DNA of 64,000 nucleotides from a candidate division FCPU426 bacterium (GTDB lineage: Bacteria > Oederibacteriota > Muellerivitia > Muellerivitales > Muellerivitaceae). The notes under the pieces were generated by a model, which saw only the letters and a list, made by a program, of their open reading frames with translations, did not search any database and was not told the origin of the DNA. This document shows, piece after piece, positions 9,755-18,796 of this stretch. The stretch covers positions 480,001 through 544,000 of the forward strand of contig CAVRAL010000004.1 in NCBI GenBank assembly GCA_963719085.1, written 5' to 3'. Position 1 is the stretch's first letter, and each line of letters starts with the position of its first letter. The position numbers and the translations under genes are program-made.

Positions 9755-9831
9755 TGCAGTATTATTGAATTTACTTTTTTTGAAGAATTAAAATTCTTAA
9801 TACAGGACTGGATGCCTTTCAGAGTTTTAGA

Positions 9832-10452
9832 ATGTCAAAAAGGACTAAAACGGTTATGAAACTAAAGAGCTTTTTAGTGCTGTTTTCGTTCCTGTTGACT
9901 TCAGGAACGACTTTTGCCGACACCATATCCGAAACCAAAGGTACTCCGGAAAGCCCCTCGCCTATGTCGTTGGAAGACCTTGGTTTTTCCCAGGCGGACA
10001 TTAAAAGCGATCCTCAATTCCAAAAGGAAATGGATACCCGAGAGGACATGCTGAAAATCCACCAGACATTGGCCCTCCTTACTGCGGTTCCCATGACAAC
10101 CGAATTCGTCCTCGGCTTAACAACAGCTGGAAATGTATCCAAAGGAAGTACGGATACGGGTCTTCACACCACTTTGGGATTGGCAACAGTAGGCCTTTAT
10201 GGGACAGCGGCCCTTTTTGCCATACTCGCCCCGAAACCAGAAGGGCTAACCCCCAGCGGGAATACCAAAAATCACGAGGATTTGGCCTGGATTCATCTTC
10301 CGTTAATGATTCTCGTCCCTTTAGTCGGGGATATGATGAATGATCGAATTGTTAATCACCAACCCTTAGGCAATTTACCCGTGGTTCATGGCGTCATGGC
10401 AACAACCCTGTTGGTTTCCTACTTAAGTTCGGTAACGGTTATGACATTTTGA
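9832..10452 (+). CDS. Hypothetical membrane protein with His-bearing helices
   Basis: Signal-like N-terminus and four hydrophobic helices, each with a His. Confidence 0.6.
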   Translation: MSKRTKTVMKLKSFLVLFSFLLTSGTTFADTISETKGTPESPSPMSLEDLGFSQADIKSDPQFQKEMDTREDMLKIHQTLALLTAVPMTTEFVLGLTTAGNVSKGSTDTGLHTTLGLATVGLYGTAALFAILAPKPEGLTPSGNTKNHEDLAWIHLPLMILVPLVGDMMNDRIVNHQPLGNLPVVHGVMATTLLVSYLSSVTVMTF

Positions 10453-10465
10453 GGGAGAAGCAACT

Positions 10466-11029
10466 TTGAAAAGAATAATGGCCTTTTTGGCATTACTGAT
10501 GCTTCCAGGCGCGGCTTTTTCGACCGATTTAACGGGTAGCTGGGTTTTGGAAAAGTCCGAATTGACCTATACCGTCACCCATCCTTTGCATGTGGTTTAT
10601 GGAAAAAGTCTATCGGCCAAGGGCAAAGGGGAATGTTTTAAAGGGCATTGTGATTTTTTGGTCGGTGTTCTGGTGAAATCATTCGTTTCCGGTGACGATA
10701 ACAGGGACTTCCATATGCAGCAAATTACAAAGGCGGGTCTTAATCCCCTGATTGAAGTAAGGGCCAAGTTTTCAGGAGACCTAAAAGAGATTCCGCCGGA
10801 AGTACTAGCAGATATGGAAATTCATTTTGCCGGCAAGGTGATGGAATATTCAAATGTAAAACTGGAAGTTACTCCTTGGCAAACAGATGGGGCCCATGTC
10901 ACAGGAACGATTCCTTTAAATCTGAAGGATTTTGATATAAATCCCCCCTCGCTCCTGACCCTTCCTATTAAAAACGAAGTCCCCGTTTCGTTGGATATGT
11001 ACTGGAAAAAAGACAAGTCCAAGAATTGA
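10466..11029 (+). CDS. YceI-like periplasmic protein
   Basis: Signal peptide; HPLH, SGDDNRD and DFDINPPSLL patterns. Confidence 0.75.
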   Translation: MKRIMAFLALLMLPGAAFSTDLTGSWVLEKSELTYTVTHPLHVVYGKSLSAKGKGECFKGHCDFLVGVLVKSFVSGDDNRDFHMQQITKAGLNPLIEVRAKFSGDLKEIPPEVLADMEIHFAGKVMEYSNVKLEVTPWQTDGAHVTGTIPLNLKDFDINPPSLLTLPIKNEVPVSLDMYWKKDKSKN

Positions 11030-11074
11030 AAAATATGCAATTCATTTGTGACGAAGTAAATCGGGTTTGGCAAG

Positions 11075-12454
11075 TTGCCGGTGAAATTTATGAAAATTAA
11101 AGGTGGTCACTTGCGCTTTAAATATTCATTGGCAGTTCTATTTTTTATTAATTTTTTAATTCTTCAAAATGCTTTCGCTTTGGAAAACAACGATTCTTCA
11201 GTGGACCATGCGGCTTCTAACGAAGCCACTCTTTCTGGCCAAATGGGTTCTGAACCGAACGGAATATTCCCTGACCCAACCGCTTCTTTAAGCTCCACGG
11301 AAATGTGGAATGTGGACCAAGGGAAGGCGGTGCCCTTTCCAACGTCCCATCTTTCTCCCTTATCACTAACCTTGCACGGCTATGGATTTTTTGACGCTAT
11401 TGCGGAAGAAGGGGTGGACCGTGGGCGGGCTGATTTTTCAGGCCCCAATATGTTCCAGTCTGATTTAGGCTCGCCATTGGGGGATTCCCAATATTTGAAC
11501 CTGGATTTGGTTTTAACCAGCGATCTCTGGACGGTGCCTTCCATTGGAACACCGCAACTTTTTCAGATTGGGGAAAACCAGGCCAACTCCCGTTCCTTTA
11601 TTGACGCACAACCTCCCCTTAGTTCACCCATTTTGGGACTTGCCTTGAGCGACACTATCGCGTTGGTTCAGGGGGATAAAAGTTATTTAAAGCTTTTCTT
11701 CGCGCCCCGAGGCCCATCAACCGACGGGCCCATTCCTTATCTTTACCGTCTGACAGGCATGGTGAATCCGGACACCCCACTTGGTTCTATAGTTGGACAG
11801 GATTCGGGGCTTGTTTCCAGTACGGTGCTGGGCGGTGAATTGAAATTAGGCGGATTTCATATTGAAGGATCGACTTTTTATGGGAAAGAACCTGATCCCA
11901 CGCAAGTGAACTTACCTTTTGGAACTCCTGACTCTTATGCCATCCGCTTCATCCAGGAATTTTCTTCCAGTTTTATGTTGATGGCATCTTATGCCTACGT
12001 GGCGAACCCCGGAATTGGAATCTCGGGAACCAACCGCTATTCAGCTTCTTTTTATTCAAACATGCCGATTTCAGAAAACTGGAAGCTGTATAGCACCTTT
12101 ATTTATGGGGGCATTAACAATACGAATAATTCCGAGCTGCTTAATTCCTTTTTAGAAGAGTTTGCGTTAATGAATCCAAAATCAGCCATCTATGCCCGAA
12201 TCGAAGCTGTTCAGAGAACCCCCAATGAATTAGCGATCACCGGCCTGCCTAACCCTGATTCAGGCCGTTGGATTACCGCCATAACCCTTGGGTACAGCCA
12301 TCAAGTGACAACCTGGGACGGTTGGGAATTACGGGCGGGCGCTGAGGTGGGCAACGACCAGACGCCTGCGGATTATTCGACGGCTTATGAAGGAAATCCC
12401 ATTTCGTATAAGTTTTTCTTTCAGCTAGGTGGATCGCAAATGTACCACCTCTAA
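11075..12454 (+). CDS. Hypothetical secreted or outer-membrane beta-rich protein
   Basis: Signal peptide and amphipathic beta-strand pattern. Confidence 0.55.
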   Translation: MPVKFMKIKGGHLRFKYSLAVLFFINFLILQNAFALENNDSSVDHAASNEATLSGQMGSEPNGIFPDPTASLSSTEMWNVDQGKAVPFPTSHLSPLSLTLHGYGFFDAIAEEGVDRGRADFSGPNMFQSDLGSPLGDSQYLNLDLVLTSDLWTVPSIGTPQLFQIGENQANSRSFIDAQPPLSSPILGLALSDTIALVQGDKSYLKLFFAPRGPSTDGPIPYLYRLTGMVNPDTPLGSIVGQDSGLVSSTVLGGELKLGGFHIEGSTFYGKEPDPTQVNLPFGTPDSYAIRFIQEFSSSFMLMASYAYVANPGIGISGTNRYSASFYSNMPISENWKLYSTFIYGGINNTNNSELLNSFLEEFALMNPKSAIYARIEAVQRTPNELAITGLPNPDSGRWITAITLGYSHQVTTWDGWELRAGAEVGNDQTPADYSTAYEGNPISYKFFFQLGGSQMYHL

Positions 12455-12569
12455 AAAAAACAGGTTAAATCCAGGGACATTATTTCTCCGACAAGATAAT
12501 ACCTCCCTTGAATACGAACCAATGAACGCCTTCTTTTAAGAAACGGGTAAAGTTCCGAAAAGGAAATTA

Positions 12570-13319
12570 ATGAAACTGAAAACATTAAAGTTTTATTTTA
12601 GTTTCATACTTCTTTTCCTAGGAGTAGTAACTTCCGTAGCCTGGGCTGATGAGATTTGGCAACCAGCCGATACAAATGTTTCGCTAGTTCATTTGCCCGA
12701 AAAGATTTTTGACGACCTTCCCCATCTTTTTATCTCCGAGAACCTTATTCCATTTGCGGTGGGAAGTGTGGCCACGGCACTGGATTGGAGTGTTTTTGAC
12801 AAGCAGGATTCCTTGGCCGGTTCATTAGACAGGTTGAATGTTGAACCAGTATTCGATTTTGGGACCTTTTACGGCGCAGGCTGGGTTGAAGGTGGGGGGG
12901 CTTTGGGTACCTGGGGTTTTGGGGCGCTCACGGGAGACAAAAGGCTACAGGAGTTTGGCCGGGATGCTACCGAATCCCTAATCATGGCAACCGTAACAGT
13001 CACCGGCCTCAAATACGCGGTTGACCGGACAAGGCCCAATGGCTCTTCTTATTCATTCCCTTCTGGCCATACAATTACGGCTTTTTGCGTAGCTCCCGTC
13101 ATCGATAAATACTGGGGCGGAGAACTTGGGGTTCCGGCTTACGCTTTGGCCACGGTGACAGCCTTCGCACGGGTGGAAGACTATTGGCACTATTTATCCG
13201 ATGTGATTGCCGGGGCGACATTGGGGATTGTTATCGGAAACGCAGTGGTTTATCCGTCGAAGGATTTATCACTTTCCGCAAACCCCACTGGTTTGGAAGC
13301 GACCTTGAAATTCAATTGA
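12570..13319 (+). CDS. PAP2-family phosphatase
   Basis: KYAVDRTRP, SFPSGH and ARVEDYWHYLSDV motifs. Confidence 0.9.
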   Translation: MKLKTLKFYFSFILLFLGVVTSVAWADEIWQPADTNVSLVHLPEKIFDDLPHLFISENLIPFAVGSVATALDWSVFDKQDSLAGSLDRLNVEPVFDFGTFYGAGWVEGGGALGTWGFGALTGDKRLQEFGRDATESLIMATVTVTGLKYAVDRTRPNGSSYSFPSGHTITAFCVAPVIDKYWGGELGVPAYALATVTAFARVEDYWHYLSDVIAGATLGIVIGNAVVYPSKDLSLSANPTGLEATLKFN

Positions 13320-13624
13320 TCTTCTTTCAACCTTCTTTATAAAACTAAAAATTCAACCTGGATGCAAACCGGATCGAGGGCGGCTATCGCCGTCGGGGTC
13401 GGTCAGCGCCTAAAAGCCAAAACGGGTCGGGCTTCGTTCCTCGCTGATCCGACCGCACGGATGTTTTGGCTTTTCCCCCGATTCTGCTAACAGAACACCG
13501 CACGACCCCTCGATTTCGATTTGCCATAACCAACACCTCTGTCTCTCCGTTTGGGCCCCCCAGATTTCATGAGGGGGCCCACCCGGAGGGTGGCTCTCCT
13601 CAATTACGAATGCGGAGCGCAACC

Positions 13625-14110
13625 ATGAAAAAGGCCAGACAAGAGGAGTTGAGTTTTGAAGGGATGTTCAAGATACCTCCGACGGTTCCCCCGGTGAGCT
13701 GGGCGGAAGCTAGGTCAGACTATAAAAGGGGTCCAGTGGTGGGTAGCCCGAATGAAGCCACGGAATACTTTAAGAAGTATATCGGAGGCAGGGAAACTGA
13801 AGCTTTTCTAGTCATGTTTTTAGACCATAGGAACCATGTTTTAGATTGTGTTTGTATGGGCGAAGGGACTGTGGACCAAACAGCGGTTTATCCTCGGGAA
13901 GTGTTCAAGAAGGCCTTTGAGCTGAATGCTGCGGGGATCATCCTTTCCCATAATCATCCGGGCGGAAGCCTGGAGGCATCAGAAGGGGATAGGCAGTTAA
14001 CCCGTCAAATCTGTACCGCCGCAAGGGCTTTAGGAATATCAGTCCATGACCACTTAATTGTGACTCATGAAGGGCATTTCTCGTTTCGACAAGCAGGACT
14101 TTTAGCTTAA
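13625..14110 (+). CDS. radC: RadC-like JAB-domain protein
   Basis: EAFLVMFLD, GTVDQTAVYPREV, HNHPGG...S..D and HDHLIV motifs; start set at ATG 13625 (GGAG RBS). Confidence 0.92.
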   Translation: MKKARQEELSFEGMFKIPPTVPPVSWAEARSDYKRGPVVGSPNEATEYFKKYIGGRETEAFLVMFLDHRNHVLDCVCMGEGTVDQTAVYPREVFKKAFELNAAGIILSHNHPGGSLEASEGDRQLTRQICTAARALGISVHDHLIVTHEGHFSFRQAGLLA

Positions 14111-14114
14111 ATCC

Positions 14115-14140
14115 AAGGCCCCATTCTTAGGGGCCTTTTT
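14115..14140 (+). terminator. Intrinsic terminator after radC
   Basis: AAGGCCCC...GGGGCCTT stem with T-run. Confidence 0.8.
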
Positions 14141-14319
14141 GCGTCCGGCAGGGAGGGTAGGACACCTCCCCTGCACCCCACCCCTTTTCCATCTAGAATC
14201 AATCCAAGGCTCAGTTTAAAAAGGAATGAGCGATATAATTTGCTTGAAAAATAGTCCGGAAGTTTTCCAAACAACTTTGATTGTGCGACTAATTAAACGG
14301 TTTTTGAGAAAGTCTTAAC

Positions 14320-15330
14320 ATGCCAAAAACTTGGGTATTTCCATTTGGGTATTATTATTACAGTAAAGAGGATGTTGAAAAATGGTTTAAAAAAGGCAAT
14401 GTGCTTTCCTGGATTCTCGCAATAAATTCTGATTATGATAATTTTAAGGGAGTACTTGAAGCGGCCAATTGCGAATATACGGGGTTATTGGAAAAGGGAG
14501 ATGAGGTTTACTTTTGGTCTGGTCGGAATGAATTAAAAGAAGAAGATGGATTTTTTGGATTTGGATTAGTTGTTGAAAAGCCAGGGGTTTTTCCTTTTGA
14601 GGGAATTATTGGAAAATTTTTTCGAAATAAGCAATTCGAAGTATTTCCTGATTGGGCCAGGAAATGTGATGAAGGAATCGAACCATTTATTTACGATAAA
14701 AGTAAAATGAATGGGGTTTATTATCACAGGCGTTTTAGGGTTGGAATTGAAGTTATAGCCAATTTTAAAAATATTGAATTTATACATAAGCGAAGGATTG
14801 AAGAGGACCAATATTTAAGTTCTTTAATACAACTACTTCGTGACGATAACACTCATCTATTGCTTTCGGAAGAACAGGCAAATCGGTTAAAAGTTCTTTC
14901 TGAGAAAGAGGTTTTTGGAAATAAAACTCTAGGCGGCCAAGGTTTTTCTCAAGACCCCCAATTTATTCGCGCAGTTGAGTTGCATGCAGTTGAATTGGCT
15001 AAGACGCATTACCTTAAGAACGAATACGTTGTTACTGATACCGGAAATTATGAATCTTACGATTTATCTTGTGTGAAAGATGGGGTTGAAAGGCGAGTAG
15101 AAGTTAAGGGTTCTACTACTAAAAGTTTAACAATTATTCTTACTAGGGCCGAGGTGGAACATGTTCGTAAGAAAATTACTCCTGTAGACTTAGTTTTAGT
15201 CAGCGAAATTGACATTAATAGAGGCATTGACGGGCCCAAAGCCAGTGGTGGGAATTTACGAATAGTTGAAAACTGGATGCCTTTGGATGAGAACCTAACT
15301 GTTAGAACGTACGATTATAAAATTCCTTAA
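14320..15330 (+). CDS. EVE/PUA-like domain plus DUF3883-type PD-(D/E)XK nuclease
   Basis: C-terminal VE..AV...YDL...EVKGST; N-terminal W.LA.N...KGDEVYFW.G...G.FG.G.V; very AT-rich. Confidence 0.7.
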   Translation: MPKTWVFPFGYYYYSKEDVEKWFKKGNVLSWILAINSDYDNFKGVLEAANCEYTGLLEKGDEVYFWSGRNELKEEDGFFGFGLVVEKPGVFPFEGIIGKFFRNKQFEVFPDWARKCDEGIEPFIYDKSKMNGVYYHRRFRVGIEVIANFKNIEFIHKRRIEEDQYLSSLIQLLRDDNTHLLLSEEQANRLKVLSEKEVFGNKTLGGQGFSQDPQFIRAVELHAVELAKTHYLKNEYVVTDTGNYESYDLSCVKDGVERRVEVKGSTTKSLTIILTRAEVEHVRKKITPVDLVLVSEIDINRGIDGPKASGGNLRIVENWMPLDENLTVRTYDYKIP

Positions 15331-15541
15331 AACTGTTTAGTTGATGGGCAACTCTCAAAATTATTTAAAAATCATTGAAATCAAGATGTACTTCTCAAAT
15401 TATTTTTTAAAGTATGCCTTTTAATTGGCCCCGTCTTCTAAACCCAATGAATAACTAAATCCAAATAATGTCCCTTAGAATAAACGTCATACGTTATTTT
15501 GCTGATTATTTTTGACCTTTTTTCAAAGGAGGAATATACCT

Positions 15542-15784
15542 ATGCCCATGAAAAAGAAACCGGGTCGCGGGCGTCCAATGCTTGAAGGGGAAGGTGGGGT
15601 GAGGCTAATGCTCCACGTAACCCCCGAGTTATTGGGAGCGATCAACGAAAAGACGAAGGCAGAGCAGTTGAAGGACCCGAAGATTAAAAGGGCGGATGTT
15701 ATTAGGACAGCCCTAAGAGCCCATTTTTTCCCTCCCGGGAAAAGACGGGTATCTGATCCGAAAAGGGAACCAGCCAAGGAATAG
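15542..15784 (+). CDS. Small DNA-binding protein (ribbon-helix-helix-like)
   Basis: GRP motif, strand-helix-helix ending RADVIRTAL; AGGAGG RBS. Confidence 0.6.
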   Translation: MPMKKKPGRGRPMLEGEGGVRLMLHVTPELLGAINEKTKAEQLKDPKIKRADVIRTALRAHFFPPGKRRVSDPKREPAKE

Positions 15785-15844
15785 CTTGGCGGTGCCCCGC
15801 CAGGCTTGCTGATCCGAGGAAGATTCCGGAAAGCCAGGTGCGGT

Positions 15845-16750
15845 ATGTCGAAAGAATCAAAGAAAGTCCTAAATCTCCTAACCTCAAACCAACCAATAAC
15901 TGAATTAGAACCCAGGGACATAGACCCCCTGGCCTATATCCAGGCCAACAAGTTCATCACGACCAAACTCTTTCACCGCAAGTTTCACCCCTCCCAAAGC
16001 TATACAACGGCCTGTATTCATTTGCGGGGATTGGTTAGCCGGGGACTTCTTCTGAAGACCCAAAAGCTTCCAAACGATGACACCTACTTTTACCTCTCCC
16101 GTCCGGCTATCAAATATTTATCGGGCCTTGCCCGAATCCTAACCTCCCCGGAAATCCGCTCCCCCCATATCAACCCCTTTGAACGGGAACATGACAAACG
16201 GGTAATGACCTTGCGGGTTCAAATTGAGCAGGAAGGGGGGATCGGGGGCATGACCTGGCTTTCGGATTACGAAATGCGTTGTGGCCTGCGGATGGACTGG
16301 AAAAGGGCCCTGGCCGAGGGCCGGGGTTGGGACCTCGCCGGGCAAAAACTGCGCCGGGTTCACCACCGCACCCCGGACGGCTATTTCGAGGGAACCCTGG
16401 ACGGTAAGGCCTATGCCTTTGTCCTGGAATACGAACACTCCTCTTACAACCGGGACAAGATTACCGGAATGGTTCTTAACCTGACCCGGGACTTCCCCCA
16501 AGCCTTTCGCTTGGTGGTCAGCCGGGACAGGGACCACGCGATCCGGATGATGAACGGAATGGAAATCTTCCTTAGGTCGGATCTTCAGGAAAGGGCCCTC
16601 TGGGCCTTTTCCTTTTTCGACAAGGTAGACCGAGTCCCCTTTGTCCGGGTGCCTTGGGCCACCCTGGACGGAACCTACCTGCCTTTCGTCAAAGACCCAA
16701 TCCTTAAGGCGGTTCCGGCCCGAGACAAACGGGAAGAGGTGGCCTCATGA
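15845..16750 (+). CDS. Replication-relaxation (Replic_Relax)-like protein: wHTH plus PD-(D/E)XK domain
   Basis: N-terminal wHTH-like segment, EHD, RTPDG and VLEYE motifs. Confidence 0.65.
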   Translation: MSKESKKVLNLLTSNQPITELEPRDIDPLAYIQANKFITTKLFHRKFHPSQSYTTACIHLRGLVSRGLLLKTQKLPNDDTYFYLSRPAIKYLSGLARILTSPEIRSPHINPFEREHDKRVMTLRVQIEQEGGIGGMTWLSDYEMRCGLRMDWKRALAEGRGWDLAGQKLRRVHHRTPDGYFEGTLDGKAYAFVLEYEHSSYNRDKITGMVLNLTRDFPQAFRLVVSRDRDHAIRMMNGMEIFLRSDLQERALWAFSFFDKVDRVPFVRVPWATLDGTYLPFVKDPILKAVPARDKREEVAS

Positions 16751-17075
16751 AGTGTAATGAGAACCATAAGCAGGTTATTGCGAAAAGGGGTGAAAACGCC
16801 CGCGCCCACATGATGGTTGGTTGTTCGTCGACGCCAGCCCCCACTCCCACTGGATCAGATAGGAGTACCAGTAATAAGGGAGTGGGGGCTGGCCTCTATA
16901 ACAACCAAGTGGGCGCGGGCGTGAGGATGAAAGAAGTAAAGATTAAAGGCGTAAGTCAACACCGTGGAAAACCCCCCGATTCGTCCCTGTCGGGCCGGGC
17001 GGGGTTTTCCACACCTTTCTCCGATGGGTGGACCCTGAGGGGTCCTTTATTTTCAGTTTATTCAGGAGGCCGGTA

Positions 17076-17339
17076 ATGACGGAACGCAGAAGGAGCGACC
17101 GCCGGACGTTGAATCAAGACTACCTTATGACGGATGACCAAGTGGCGCAGATGGCCGGGGTATCGGTGCATACGGTCCGCTATTGGAGACAGGTAGGGGT
17201 GTTGCCTTTTGTGAAGGTCGGGCGGCATCCCCGGTTCTGGTTTTCCGAGGTTCAAAAAGTTTTTAAAAGACCGCTTCCCTTTGGCATGGGGGGTGGGGAT
17301 AAAATAGAAGGCGCTGGGGACATTAGGAGGGTTTCATGA
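17076..17339 (+). CDS. Excisionase-like HTH protein
   Basis: MTDDQVAQMAGVSVHTVRYWRQ.G.LPFVKVGRHPRF; overlaps integrase start; AGGAGG RBS. Confidence 0.85.
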   Translation: MTERRRSDRRTLNQDYLMTDDQVAQMAGVSVHTVRYWRQVGVLPFVKVGRHPRFWFSEVQKVFKRPLPFGMGGGDKIEGAGDIRRVS

Positions 17340-18439
17340 GTAAACCTAATGTTCATGGATTGCCCAACCATCTTCGCAAGGATGGGAAGGGTTACTTCCT
17401 TGATTTTTTTATCAAGGAAGACGGGGTATCGAAGCGCAAAAGAGTCCGGTTGGGTGAGATCCCCTTGGCCCAGGCCAAGTTGATCCTGGCCCAAAACCAC
17501 AGGGCCATTTTGGAGCAGAAGTTTTTGGCTCCCGAAAAGCCGAAGGCCTTGTTCTTCAGCGCGGCGGAATCCTTCCTTGCCTATTCCAGGGCCAGGAAAA
17601 AAACCCACTACAGCGACGAGCTGACGGTGGGCCGGTTGAAGGCTTTCTTTGGGGACCGTACCCTGGACAGTTTTTCGCCGGATTTGGTCGAGGCCTACTT
17701 GGTGCATCGGAACCAGAGAAGCCAAGGCCGCCAGGGGAAGTTGAAGGGGGCGACCCTTAATCGGGACGTGGCTTGCTTGAGGACAATCCTGAGGCGGGCG
17801 CTTTTGAACCGGCAGATTGACCGCAATCCCATTGAGGGGGTCAAAAGGTTCAAGGAAGAATCCCGCAACCGCACCTTGGAGCCGGAGGAGTACCAGAAGC
17901 TTATCGCCAATTGCCCCAACCATATTCGGCCTATTATCCAGGTCGCCTATGTGACCGGCATGAGGCGCGGGGAAATCATGGGTCTTCGTTGGGATCAGGT
18001 GGACTTCAAGAACAAAGTGATTCTCTTGGAGGCCGACGATACCAAGACCCAGGAGAAACGGGAGATTCCGCTGGATAGTGAGTTGGCGGCGGTTCTTCAG
18101 CGCATCCCCAGGGTTTTGGGGTGCCCCAATGTGTTTACCTGGAAGGGTAAGCCCATCGAGAGTTGCAGGACGGGTTTCTATGACGCGAGGCGGAAGGCCG
18201 GGATCAAGGATTTCAGGTTCCACGACCTCAGGCATTGCGCCATCACCAACCTGAGAAAGGCCGGGGTAGGCGATTCGGTCATCATGTCGATTTCGGGCCA
18301 TAAGACCTATGCCATGTTCCGCAAGTACGACCGCGTGGACCGGCAGGACCGCCAAGCGGCGGTTCAAAGGGTCAGAAACCTGATTGACACGGAAATGACA
18401 CGGGCCGAAAATCCCGCCGAAAAAAGAATCAGCGGGTAG
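17336..18439 (+). CDS. Tyrosine recombinase/integrase
   Basis: TGMRRGE, FHDLRH and SGHK...Y catalytic motifs. Confidence 0.96.
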   Translation: MSKPNVHGLPNHLRKDGKGYFLDFFIKEDGVSKRKRVRLGEIPLAQAKLILAQNHRAILEQKFLAPEKPKALFFSAAESFLAYSRARKKTHYSDELTVGRLKAFFGDRTLDSFSPDLVEAYLVHRNQRSQGRQGKLKGATLNRDVACLRTILRRALLNRQIDRNPIEGVKRFKEESRNRTLEPEEYQKLIANCPNHIRPIIQVAYVTGMRRGEIMGLRWDQVDFKNKVILLEADDTKTQEKREIPLDSELAAVLQRIPRVLGCPNVFTWKGKPIESCRTGFYDARRKAGIKDFRFHDLRHCAITNLRKAGVGDSVIMSISGHKTYAMFRKYDRVDRQDRQAAVQRVRNLIDTEMTRAENPAEKRISG

Positions 18440-18507
18440 CCTGAAAGCCTTTGTGCGAAAGGGTTTCAGGGCAGTTGAAGAGTCAGTTTGAAAAGGAAGT
18501 GAGACAA

Positions 18508-18553
18508 GCTGTTAATCGCAGGGTTGTTGGTTCGAGTCCAACCCGGGGAGCCA
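18508..18553 (+). other. att site: 3' half of tRNA-Asn(GTT), anticodon loop to CCA
   Basis: GCT-GTT-AA-TCGCAGGGTTGTTGGTTCGAGTCCAACCCGGGGAGCCA; no 5' acceptor or D arm upstream. Confidence 0.88.
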
Positions 18554-18561
18554 TATAGATC

Positions 18562-18596
18562 AAAGGCCATTCGCTTTTTAGGCGAATGGCCTTTTT
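18562..18596 (+). terminator. Intrinsic terminator after the tRNA fragment
   Basis: 13-bp perfect stem AAAGGCCATTCGC/GCGAATGGCCTTT with T-run. Confidence 0.85.
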
Positions 18597-18796
18597 GTTT
18601 ATAGGAGCTCCCCGGGTAAGGGTGCGGGGCGGAGCGTCAGGGCCGCCCTGCTCTTTGAAGGAATGGGGCCAAGGGGGAACCCTAAGGTTCCACCCTTGAG
18701 CGGAGCGAGGCATTGTGGTGAGCTAGTTGAACCATTCGATGTTCCCCGGAGAAACCGGGCCGGACTTGGGTGAAGTCTAAACGAGTGAAACCGTTT

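Larger units (their letters stand above)
1..18553. mobile_element. Right part of an integrative (possibly mobilizable) element inserted in tRNA-Asn; left end lies outside the window
   Basis: Integrase and excisionase abut a tRNA-Asn 3' fragment; RadC, a replication-relaxation-like gene, and resistance/defence cargo are present; sequence is visibly AT-richer from about 2900 to 15500. That the element reaches position 1 is inferred. Confidence 0.75.

Noticed and set aside
13466..13624. N-terminal extension of RadC
   Set aside because: Overlaps the hairpin region; a better RBS and ATG exist at 13625
16747..17076. 109-aa ORF
   Set aside because: Runs through the large inverted repeats and has no recognisable motifs; treated as non-coding, though not excluded
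17252..18367. 371-aa antisense ORF and similar long shadows (44658..45590, 45823..46917, 61473..62474)
   Set aside because: Overlap well-supported genes; expected from codon bias in GC-rich DNA
18478..18553. Intact tRNA-Asn gene
   Set aside because: Sequence 5' of the anticodon loop cannot form the acceptor or D stems; only the 3' half is present
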